From assembly GCA_003971905.1 (NCBI GenBank), contig RSEE01000079.1, forward strand, positions 62,001-126,000: a DNA stretch of 64,000 nucleotides, in the 5' to 3' direction. A program made the position numbers and the translations under genes. Position 1 is the stretch's first letter, and each line of letters starts with the position of its first letter. The notes beneath the pieces are model-generated. The model did not search any database, was not told the origin of the DNA, and was given only the letters and a program-made list of their open reading frames with translations. This document shows, piece after piece, positions 38,235-50,916 of this stretch. This DNA is from Moniliella sp. 'wahieum' (lineage: Eukaryota).

Positions 38235-38680
38235 CTCCGACAGTCGGATTTATGACACTCTCAATGGCTGTAGTGACCAATGACTATAGCAACGAGCGGA
38301 CTGTGCTGAAACACAAACACTTGAACATGGCCATACATGCGTGGGCGCAGAACACGACCGCTGCAGGCGAAGGGGCTGACATTTCTCCTCCGCCGGGGCG
38401 GGGGTATCGTGACCATACTCAACAGTGTAGTAGTGTTGTAGTATGTGGCTGGGCAGAGGGTGAAGGTGGGCCAACGATAGCGTGTCACTACTGTATTTGC
38501 AACACCCCTCCCTAGTCCCTCCAGTTGGTTTTATAAACACTCTCAATGAATGGCTATAGTGGCTACAGCGACGAGCTACTACTGCAACACATTTGAACAT
38601 GGCCAGGCATGCGACTATTAGGTACCGAACACGACGCTGCAGTGCTGACGGGCTGGCATTTGCTCCTCTGGGCGCGGGGT
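38235..38680 (+). repeat. Diverged direct duplication (about 38235-38404 and 38517-38680)
   Basis: Collinear shared blocks: TTTAT-ACACTCTCAATG, ACGAGC, TTGAACATGGCCA, CATGCG, GAACACGAC-GCTGCAG, GGGCTG-CATTT-CTCCTC. Confidence 0.8.
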
Positions 38681-38933
38681 CACCCGGCGGTCAGGTCATG
38701 ACAGAGAGGTCATCCGGTCATAGCAGGGGTTCTCCTACGTTTTTGGCTGTATCGCCGCCCTTTGCCCCCGTTTTCCCCAATCACAACATGGGCTGTATAC
38801 GAGCAAACGGGGTACCCCAGCACACAGTGTACGGTGTGGGCATATATATATCCCCACGGTAGCCTACTACTGTAGTAAAAGTAGACCCCCCCACTCTGCA
38901 GTCTCTCGACCACACTCTCCCGCACACTTTGAC

Positions 38934-40009
38934 ATGCAGATTTCCGCTGCCTTCCTTCTTGCCGCACTCGGTACCAGTGCCTTCACCTCCAGGGTGGGCG
39001 CGATGCCTTCCTGGCTGGGCCAGAGGGACGGTGGGCTTGAGTTTCCAACTTTTAGCCCGAGCGATCCCATCGACCAGATTCCCAGTCGCATTCTTGGATT
39101 CTTGTCCAACGCGCTTCGCAGCAATATCCCCGGGCCGGTGATTGCCTCGATGATGCCGCACATGAGCTTGAGCGAGAACGAGGCATTTGCTTTGGACCCG
39201 TTGCCTGGCAAGGATACCGACTTTGCTGATGACCTTTCTACGGTGGACAGCGCTTCGGTCCGTTGGTTTACCCAAGCTCCCAATCGTCAGCCGGACGATC
39301 CAGTGATCTACTTCCTCCATGGTGGGGCGTACTGGATGAGTATGTTCCCCGTACACCACGTTTCTGGAGAGTCTGTACAAGGCGGTCGGTAACGACCGTC
39401 TGTCCATCCTCTGGGTCAATTACGCTACTACCCACCGCAGTCCATCTACCCAACCCAGCTCCAACAGGCTGTTGAGGTGTACAACCGTCTTGCCCAGACC
39501 AGCAACAACATCATCCTTCTAGGCGACTCGGCAGGCGGCCATCTCAGCCTTGCTCTGTCTCGCACCCTTACGCATCCGGTCTCCGTCACTCCGTCCATTA
39601 CCAAGAAGCCCAGCTGCCTCGCCCTCCTCAGTCCATGGGTAAACCTGTACCCTACCGTGCACAACGGGACGTGGGTAAGCAACAACGGGACGGACCTGTT
39701 CAATGACAACGGGTGCGGCTGGCCGGGGCAATGCTTATTCCCAACCTGCACCAAGTGGTTGAGCCGCAGTACAACCCTTTCAACGACTACATTGATTGGA
39801 CACCCATCCTACCGGACAAGGAGCATGTTTTCGTCTCTGCTGGTGGGCTCGAGGTTCTTCTGGGCGACATTTTGACGTTTACCAGCCTGGCTGGAATGAC
39901 TGACCGGCTGTTCATCGACTCGGACCATGGGCACGACAACGCCGTGGTGCTGGGGACCAACTCGGTCATTTTCCCGCACCTGGTTGACCTGGTCCAGAGC
40001 TGCGTTTGA
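38934..40009 (+). CDS. Secreted alpha/beta-hydrolase_3 lipase/esterase; frameshifts
   Basis: Signal-like MQISAAFLLAALGTSAFTS, VIYFLHGGAYW, IILLGDSAGGHL, LLSPWVNL, VFVSAGGLEVL and DHGHD. Confidence 0.88.
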
Positions 40010-40482
40010 TCCAACAACTGAACGTAGACGCGGATGGAACGTGTCGCAACACACTCCCATCTCCTTGTCTTTCCATTTCTGGTTCCCTATCTCTGTGAGT
40101 GACGGCGCCCTAAATACAAGTGGCTTTGCGATCCCCTTTTCTTGCCTCTTTTCAGGTACAGTGAGGGGGAGGGGGGGGACTCAGTATAAGGCTTAGAGTT
40201 TCATCAGGCGATTGTCCAAACCTTCACGTATCTAGTAGCGCCGAGCACGGCTCATCGCTCACATCCTACGAGTCGAGCCCAATTCCAAAGTAGAAGCAAG
40301 GAAGAGCCTATGGCAGAAACAGTGCTACTATGTGCGTAGTGTAGTATGGGGGGGAGGGATGGAGAGGAGAGGAGAGTTGGATCGAGGATAGGAGCCGTAG
40401 GAAAAGTAGGAGGAAAAAATGCTCAATGTGTCATGCTCACCCAATCCAATTGTCCAGTTCGGCCATTGCCATTGCATGCACC

Positions 40483-42064
40483 TTATGTGCTCGGGGCGGG
40501 GCCATCCTCACGGGCCGGAGCCGCGCGGGGGGCAAAGGGAGATCCAGCCGATCGAGGCTGCAAAGTTGGGCCAGCAGCCGCGCGTGAACCTTCCGGGCCA
40601 TCAACACCAGGACCGGTCGCCCCCTGCTCGGGGGAAGGGGGCGGTGGATCGCCTCCACCGCCTCGGGTGAACAAGCGAGCCAAAGAGCGGGTGAGACGGG
40701 ATCGAGGCGTAGTGGCGCCCTGGGTGGTGTGCGAGTCAGGGGTATCGGCTTGACCTTGCTGTGGCATGGGGATAATGTGTGCGTGGCGACGTTCGGCACG
40801 GGAACTACGTGGGGGAGGAGGACTATCGAACGTCTTTGCCAAAGTACGCCAGCATGCGCGCACGATCCATCGTACCCGGTGACCAAGTGGTACACGACCT
40901 GCCAAAGTGGCCCCGACAGCAAATGCGCGTTGCCGCATGGTTCGCTCGTGATGGTCGTTTCGGTGGGTAGGATGCGAAGGTGGTGAGGAAGCGCCATTGC
41001 GAGATTGAGATGAATCTTGCTCATCACTCAACGCTTGGTACCCATGTTCCTGGACTTTCCAGCCATAACCACCCCGACACAGCCAACGGGGCCAATACGT
41101 CTGCTTTGAAGACGTGAGCGCTGATGCCGAAGGAAGGAAAGGGGAAACGATAACGTTCGCTGTGACAAGGGCAATACTTGCGCTGATAACACTCCCCATA
41201 TCTGACACGGCCAGCTGTTCAGGGCCCTATGGTCAGTAAGGCTCATAAACGCAGCAGGGGGGGGGGGGGAGGCTTACCACCAAGACAATGACTGTCCATA
41301 TGTGCACATCTTTAAATTCGGCGCACAAAACTGATTCGGTCCCCGTTTGTTGGAGAGGAAGCGTGACTTGGACACTCCATGATCCGGGGGAAAGGTGGAG
41401 AAGGAGAGTAAGCAAAGGAATCAAAAGACCCACCGGTCCTGGGATCTGGACATCGGCCAGCTTGCGGAACAGCCTGAACCAGAGCCCAGGCTTGGGGGAA
41501 GAGAACTCAGAGGGCAGTACGCCCCAAAGATCGAAACCATACCCATCCCCCGGGCGAAAAGGGGGGAGAAGGAGAGAGTTAGGAGGGGGTGCTAAGATGT
41601 AGACCAGCCAGGCGGATCCAACGACGAGGGTAAAGGTCAATGCTGCATGGACCAAAAAGGCACGTAGGAGGAAGGTGAAAAATTTGGCCGATCCAAGTCG
41701 GCGCTCGACTTGGCGGGAGAGGGCATACTGCGTAGTAAGGACGAGGAGGTGGGCGGCACTGCTGGCGACCGAGACGTAGGCCATCACGATGGCCGGGAGG
41801 GAATGCAGTGCCGACTGGACGAGGCTGAAGATGGACACACGCACAGTTGGGCTGTGGGCAAAGGCGACCGAGTCAGAGGACTGACTGGGTGGGGGGGAAG
41901 GGCCAAGGTGCCCTCCGGGAGCGGAGCGACGGGTAAAAAGCAGCGCCAGTCGAAAGGACCGGGTGGCCACGCAGGCCGGCAATGGTGGCAAGGAGCGGGA
42001 CGACGAGGGTGGCTAGCATCCAGGCCTTGCTCACCGGCGCACCGCGGAAACCGGAGGTGCTCAT
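40483..42064 (-). CDS. Dsc2/UBAC2-like rhomboid pseudoprotease membrane protein (intron about 41215-41277; frameshifts)
   Basis: MSTSGFRGAPVSKAWMLATLVVPLLA N-terminus, ERRLGSAKFFTFL motif, PGPVGLL, several TM segments and PPPPSPEQ before a possible degenerate UBA. Confidence 0.65.
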
Positions 42065-43519
42065 GGACAGCACCTCGAACCAGCCCGATCGGCTGAGCGC
42101 GGCTGGCCAAGCAGGAGGAGGCGGCGGCGGAGAGGCGGAGGAGGCGCAGCTGGAGGGTCTCTGTGGTTGCGATGGCAGCCTGGCGAACGCCAGCGACGAG
42201 GCAACCCCTCGTGTCGCTGCGGAGCCCGGCGGAACTGCCCCAGCAGGAGGGGGGGCGCATTCCGCCCTTGAAAGTTAAAGAAACGGCGCATGTGACGTCA
42301 TGGGTCGAAGGCGAGTTAAATTACCGCCAACAGGTGTTATGCTTATGTGACCCAATGATGAATGACCCCCTCGCCTGGGCATTGCCACAAGGAGCAGCAT
42401 TGTCTGCGGTGGCCATGCGCAAAGGGATCTCGATGAGGTCTCACGCTCTCAAGGAGACCCACATTGCCACGGCTCAAGAGGGAGGAGTAAGCTCCGGCAG
42501 CTCGTCCGGTACAAGGGCATGTCCCTGGCCCCAACCTGGCCTATGCGTGGGCGTACGGTACTCATCTCCTTGTTCTAGTCAGGGCATTGCCTGGAGGTAT
42601 TCTATGGGAAAGCTCTTTCCTACTACAAAACCACCTGCATCAACACGAAATAGACCCCAGCAGGAACGGACCGTCTTGGCCATGGAGCAGAGCAAGATCA
42701 CGATCAACCCGCATCAAATAGCGACATGACTGATGGTCGAGGGGCACACAGATACGTATCACCCCCCCCCCCCGTTTCCCGCACGGACCACATAGCTACG
42801 AACCCACTTCCACCGCTATCGTGCAGTGGGCATAGGTGACCGCACCAAGCTTACGGCCTACATGCGCATGCACAATTTCCAGTACGGCAAGACAAGCGAC
42901 TGGGTTGGGGCTGCTGCTGCAAGCGAACAGTGGAGGAACGTGTTGGGCTCTGCGTGAGGGGTGAGGGGTGGGTGAGCTACCTAACCCGCTTGAAGTAATG
43001 AAGTAAGAGTGAACAGTGCACCATGCTAGGCGCAGGCTGATGCGGACCGATGAGCAAGGAATTGACGAGCGTGGCACGAGGGAGGGGGGCTTAGAGGAAT
43101 GTATAATAGAGGAAAAGTAAGTAGTAGAGTAGAGCGTGGTTCGTGTACGCCAACACGTACGTGCGCACGATGGGCATCGATGATGTTCAACGTTCAACTT
43201 GAACGTTCAGCGTTCAATGTTCACCGGGTTCACCTCGAACTTCGAACCTCAAACCTTGGGTGTTGCGCCCCTTTCTCTGTGTGCAATCAGCCATCTTATG
43301 AGGTGAAGTTGAAGCATCAGGAGGGTCCAGCCGGCCAGGGGGACAGGCCTGAGTCTCAGGACAAGACGCGAGCTAGAGGAAACGACCTATATATCTGGAA
43401 TCATTAATCATGGTCTGACAAGATGCATCGGGGCGCACGCACAAGCGACATGGATACAAGCCAGCAATAAACAAGGTCGGGAAACGACAGAAAACACAGA
43501 GCAAAGCCGCCGTCTGGTC

Positions 43520-43592
43520 TGGTCCAAGATCCAAGATCCAAGATCCAAGATGTAAGATCAAAGATCAAAGATCAAAGATCAAAGATCAAACA
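43520..43592. repeat. Heptamer tandem repeat (TCCAAGA)n/(TCAAAGA)n abutting the UGP1 stop codon
   Basis: About 10 visible 7-bp units with a GATC core. Confidence 0.9.
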
Positions 43593-43594
43593 TC

Positions 43595-45156
<1,562 letters not shown>

Positions 45157-45420
45157 GGCGGGCGGAGGGTGGGGGTGGGGGCAGGAGCAGGAGCAAGGGG
45201 CAGACGGGTGGGGGCGGGAGGCTGAGGGCGTTTAAGAGGCGCGAGTGTTGGGCGGGCGAGGCAGCAGAAGCAGCCAACGCAGGCCTGGGCCAGCCATAAC
45301 CTAACCGGTAACCCATGGTGCATGGCCCATGCCCCATGCCCCATCCCACCCAGCCCAGCACCGCGCAGGCACGGGGGCAGTGGGGGGCGGGCGAATTGTT
45401 GCGCCGGGCGGCTGGCGGCG

Positions 45421-47410
45421 AAGCTGAAGGCTGAAGGCTGAAGCTCAAGCTGAAGCTCCACCATCGATCATCGATCATCGGTCCCAGCCGTTTCAAACCA
45501 GCACACACACCCGCCCCGTGCTGCCGCCCTCATGCACGCATGCCCCATGCGCCGGGTGATGTCACATATCACACAGGCCGCATCCCCGTCATGCGTCCGC
45601 ATCACGCATGCGGCGTGGGTGTGGGGCAGGCCGCCGTGGGCAGACGTCTGCCGTTCCACCGTGGATCGCCCGCCTGGCTGGGGGGCACTAGAACTGGCAA
45701 CTGGTAGCATGTAACTGGGAACACTGGACGCAGTAAGGCCAATGGCCCAAGGCCCAAGGCCCAAGGCCCAAGGCCCAAGGCCCAAGGCCCAAGGCCCAAG
45801 GCCAACGGCCAAGGGCCACCCTTGGCTACCCCACCGCCACCCTGCTTGGGCCAACGCTCGGCCCACGTGTCAACCGTTGGTTCACCGAACTAGTAACCCA
45901 GCCTAGACTGCCAGACTGCCTCTGGGCCTCACCTCGTCTTCTGCAGTACTCATGGTACTCCTGTATGACGGCGTGAGTTGACCCGTGCTAGTGAGTCTCA
46001 CTACTGAACCGAGTACTGAGTGAGTGCCGCATACCGAGTGGCGTGGGGACAGCGAGGAGTGGTGACCGGTGACCGGTGAACTTGAAGAGCTCCAAGCTCG
46101 AAGAATGAAGCTCTGCTAGGGTAGGAAGCTTGAAGCTAGGCTTGGAGCTAGGCTTGAAGCTTGAAGAGCTTGAAGCTTGACCTGGACCCGAGAACCTGGA
46201 GGCGTCAATTTTAACGGCGGTGGTGCAGGGACGATTTGAAATGGGCACCGCATGGGTCCTGCACGCACGGTGCACGTTGCACTTGCACCGCAACCGGCTG
46301 CTCCGCTCAGCCTCGCCACCCACGCCAGCCACGAAACCGCAAAGTCGATAACCGATACTCGATAACGATAACTTCGGTGATCGATAATCAATCCATCGGA
46401 ACGCCACCGTCGACATGCACATGTTCTGTGCACGCCATCGCCCCGTGCCGGCTCAGCCCCACCGCTCAGCTCAGGGCTCAGCCAGCCATCTTTTGCATCT
46501 ACGACCAGCACAGCCTCTCTATCGCCTTTTAACTTTTATCGCCGCCGCATCCGCCGCCTGCTTCTTCTGCCCGTCGCACCCGAGATCCGAACGCGGTATG
46601 CAATCGGGGAGATAGTACACAGCGAGATACTCGATACTCGATGCAGCAGACACACAACGTGAAACGTGACGCGTGAGATCGTGAGATCTGAGAATTGCCC
46701 ATGTGGCTTGCGGGGCCGCCCGTCTCAGATCTCACTGTGCGCCGCACATGTCGGCATAGTAGGAGTGCTGTGCGCCGCCCACGTCGGCATATTGGAGTGA
46801 CTATAGTGACCTAGTGACCAGGAATGTGCGCCAGGCAGAGGGCTGGTGAAGCACTGGACCGAGGGGGACGGGAAACTGATGTTGGTCGGGACGATTGGAT
46901 GTGGAACTTCAACACGTCGAACTTTGTTTACCGGTTATATTACCACCTTGGTTCCTCAGCTTATACAAAAGGAAAGAGTTCGACCGCGCATTGCCCAGTC
47001 CAGCTTCCAGTCCAGTGCAGACAAGGAAGAAGAGCTGCATCTTTTGTCAAGCTGGAAGCTGCAAGCTGGAAGCTGCAAGCTGCAAGCTGCCAGCTGCCAG
47101 CTCAAGCGCAGTCCCTAGCCACTGGCCACTAGCCAACTACAACCTCGCTTTCCTATCTTTCCTTGTGCACCGCGGCTCCCAGGGGCGCTCCGAAGAAGCC
47201 ACGACCCAATCGGATCGATGGCGGGGGAGATCTATGTCTATGCAACCGAATGCATCCGTAGACGGGCAGCAATGGGCGGATACAACAACGAGCGCACCGG
47301 TCATTGACAAGAGTATCTGGGCATCTGTGGGCATCTAGGCATCTAGGCATCTATCTGAGCATCTGAACGGACATCTGGACATCTGGGCATCTGAGTATCT
47401 GAACATTCGT
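45421..47410. repeat. Cluster of 7-bp-period palindrome-core arrays including (GGCCCAA)8 at 45744-45799
   Basis: TCGA arrays at 45464, (TGA-CCGG)2-TGA at 46063, AGCT arrays at 46127-46180 and 47047-47105, TGA-CGCG-TGA-GATC at 46660-46691. Confidence 0.88.
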
Positions 47411-47911
47411 TACAAGAGTCCGGACAGCTGTCTGGCCACGCCACACGCCCACGCCACATGCCACACGCCACACGCAGCACCCCGGTCCGAGGGGGAAGAA
47501 CAAGGCGTCTCACACCCCACGGAACGGGAAACGATGCGGGAAACGAACCGGGAAACGATGCAGCAGCAGCAGCAGTAAGTCTGGAGGAGGATGACATATA
47601 GTGTATTGCTCCGCAGGAACCGCATTTCATGAACCGTTCCGAAGAAAAAAATGGGAAAAATGGGGGAAATGGGGGAAAATGGGAAAGGACAAGGAGGGGA
47701 GAGGGAAGGCAGGGCTAGGGGGGGGGGGGGGGGGGGGGAGATGATACAAAATGTTCGATAACGATAAAAGGAGAGAGCGAATGGGCAGAAATGGGAGACC
47801 CAAGTGGGCAGGCAGTAAGTGGGGTAGGAGAGGAAGGGGGGGGGGGGGCGTATGTACACTCGATTGCACATTCGAGGCAAGGTAGGGCAAGGTCCAAGGA
47901 CCAAACCAAAG

Positions 47912-49570
47912 CTACAGCACGCACGCCATGCCAGCCAGGTGGCTAGAAGGGTGGACGTGAGCAGGACGGCATTAGAAACGAGCGTGGTAGACGCTGGGGA
48001 CTTGCTTGAGCTACCTGATCCGTGGGTCCCTTGGGTCGAGGAGGCTGGGCCCTTAGACCCGACCCGATGGGCGAAGAAAGGCCCGAACCCCAGTCACCTG
48101 TGTGCCCGTTGCGCCGGCGTTGGCTACCGAGGTAAGCCCCGGCACTGGAAGGACGATGAAGCAGTGGGCTCTGGGAAGCCCGTTGCGCCCGTGCGGTCAC
48201 GTACGTACGTCGCTGTCGTAGCAATCGTTTGAGCCGAGTCGCCATTCTTAAGCCGAGCAAAGCCACTTGAGACGACTGTCCCTTCTCCCACCCAACTTGA
48301 ACGCAGTAAAGTAAGACTTCATCAACGAGTCACCGCAAATAAGTTGGGCATCGAAGGTCCCGTGTCCATAGCGAACACGGCGCCGAGGCACATGGATCCC
48401 TGGTTGTCCACCGCGCCAGCATTAAAGTCGTTAGGGTCGACCATGTACTGCACGCCTCCAAAGGTAAAGGAGAGTTTGACGGTTTCCCGACAGGGGAAGA
48501 CGAACATGCCCTGGTCTGGGCTACCGAACTGCTGGAGTTGGGGATAGCAGCGTACAGCTGCGATACCACGGCCGAAGGGGCACCAATCAACGATGTGCCG
48601 AGTCCACAATCGCGCTCTGGCCATTAAACGTGACCGTGTTACCACCGTTGAGCTGCATGGCAGACAGAGGAATGGCCCAGTAACCAATCTGTTCCATGGC
48701 CGGATCGAGATTGACCCAGTTTAACGTTGCCCGAGTATTGGCTCGAGTCGAGCTCGCCAAGCGTAAACACACCGCCCGGGATCTGGGACGTGCCGAGGTA
48801 GCACGAGGTTACGAGCCAACTGGAGGCTAAACACGGGCGAGGGAGCACGTTTTGTTTAGCGAGGACCTCCCCAGAATGGCGTCACGCCCGCCGAGCTCAG
48901 TTGCTGCAGGCCAAGACCCATCAGCCCCGACGCAGGCGCATCCACGTACCCTGGGCCATGTCGGTAGCCAGAGCAAACGTCAGATGCTGCACCGAGTAGT
49001 CGGCAAGACTGACCGTGTCATAGGCAAGGTGGCCCTTGGTCGCACCCGAGCCATACGTCACCGAGAAGGGCGTGTTGGACGACTGGAGGGTACTGGAGGC
49101 TGACGTGGAGAACTTGGCCAGGCTGCTGCACGCCTGGGTGGTGCACTCGTTCGAAGCAATCCAAAGGTCGCCTGAGAAGTGTCAGTGTATGCTACCACGC
49201 CCGAACGGAGCGAGCGACGTACTCGAACCCGTATCCAGCACCACGGCCAATGTCTGGGCCGGGGTGCCAATGCCGACAGGGCATAGTAGTACGAGTCGGT
49301 GCCAACGTCGGTGAGGGCGGTGCTCTGGCGCTTGGCATGGGAAGTGGTGTTGTTAGCGTTGTACTTGTTGCGGAGGTAGGCCTGCTGGCCGCGGAAGTGG
49401 GCAAGGGTGGCATCCACGCTGGCCTGACCACGCTTAGCATGGCGCTCGGCGTGGCGGTCGAACTTGTAGACGGGAAGCGAGATGCGGCGGGGAGCAGCGT
49501 CGGGCAGCGGCGCGGCGGACACGGCGACCGAAGCGCTCAGCGAGGCAGCAGCGATCAGGGCAGCCAGCAT
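47912..49570 (-). CDS. Secreted pepsin-family (A1) aspartic protease, probably GPI-anchored (intron 49172-49222; frameshifts)
   Basis: Signal MLAALIAAASLSASVAVSA, propeptide with KR sites, catalytic VLDTGS|SDLW and AIVDS, GGVFTLGELDSSQYSG, CLGAVF, Ser/Gly-rich tail and hydrophobic end ...LAGMACVL*. Confidence 0.9.
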
Positions 49571-50817
49571 GGCGAAGAAAAGGGGTTAGGGGGGTGGTGG
49601 TATACGCTGGATGCTGGACGGGCGGGTGGGGCTTTGGGTGGCCGGGACAGGCGCGGACGGAAGGTTGGTCACCGTCTACGGGCTGAGGAAACGAGGGTAC
49701 GCTACGTCACACACTGCCCGCCTGCCGCTTGTCGGGGGGCTGCGCAGCTGGGTGCAGGAGGGCCATGTGGGCGCCTGTCGCGTGCGTGCACCCACGCGGC
49801 GGTGCGGGAGGAGCGCAGGCTGAGCCTCGGCCCCAGCGCTGCCGCCGCCCCCCGCTGTCTTGCCGCATGCCGGCCGATGTGCCGGGCAGCGGGCAAGCGC
49901 CCTGGCGCGCACGGGGGGAGTGTGTGTGGGTTGTTTGCGCACACAGGCACTGCACGGGGTACCTGGGAAATGCCGAAGATGCGAGCTGGGCCCACGCACC
50001 AGCCCTGTCCCCGGGCGACTCGGGCGCGGGGCCTGAGGTACGGCCGATGCAGTTGGACATTTGACATTTGACATTGAACATTGAAGTTTCCCTGCGGCCA
50101 GCCGCACGTAAGCTGGTGGAACGTGGAGATCAGATCGACGTCAGAACTAACCACCCACCGCCGTGCCCGGCCAGGCCGAGCCTCCGCCGCTCAGATCACA
50201 TGATCTGGACCTTACTTTTCAAACCAACAAAAGGAGGGTCGACATAGCAAAGCAACTAAACCCCGCCTTTGCCTTTGCTTTTCCTTTGCCTTCCATTAAT
50301 CCCTCGGTAGATTTCACCTCCCTGACATAGCACTCCGCCTCGCTATTTCAATCGGTAGAATTTGAGACTCTTACAGCGTACGCGTTACGCGTTACGCAGC
50401 GGTCTATCTCACGGTTGTGGTTCGAGTCCCACGTGGGGCGTATTTTTTCAAGTTGTTTTCCTTTTCTTCGGTGAGATCTTTGTCTGAGAGATGTGAGATG
50501 TGAGACCCATCTCCTATCCATCCTGACCTCTACGTCTACGTCTACCTCTACCCCGACCCCGACCCCGACACCTACCCCGACTTCATGAAGAAAGAAAGAT
50601 GAATTGGGAACTGCGGCGCATACGCCATACGACGAAGGCGTACACGGCGCATCGGTCATAGAAGCAAAAAGAAGAAAAAGGAAAAAGAAAAAAGAAGAAA
50701 AGGAAAGAAAAAGAAGAAGAAAAGCAAAAGCAAAAGAACAAGAACCCACGAACCCACGACCCAAACGGAACCAAAGTTGGTCGTTCATCGTTCGTGCATC
50801 CAGAACAAGCGAGAAAG

Positions 50818-50859
50818 GGACAGGTAGAAGGACAGGTAGAAGGACAGGTAGAAGGACAG
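50818..50859. repeat. 12-bp tandem repeat (GGACAGGTAGAA) x3.5
   Basis: Directly visible. Confidence 0.85.
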
Positions 50860-50916
50860 TCACTAGTCATGGTCACCGGGGGGGACATTTCGATTTCGAC
50901 ACTTCAAGCTTAAAGC

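Noticed and set aside
42163..43197. ORFs of 188 aa (+) and 133 aa (-) between the Dsc2-like gene and UGP1
   Set aside because: Non-ATG or unsupported starts and no motifs; such ORFs are expected by chance in GC-rich DNA.
45744..45799. (GGCCCAA)8 as a telomeric or plant site-II element
   Set aside because: It is not TTAGGG-like, and TCP factors are plant-specific. It is better explained as a variant of the GGCC-core heptamer arrays.
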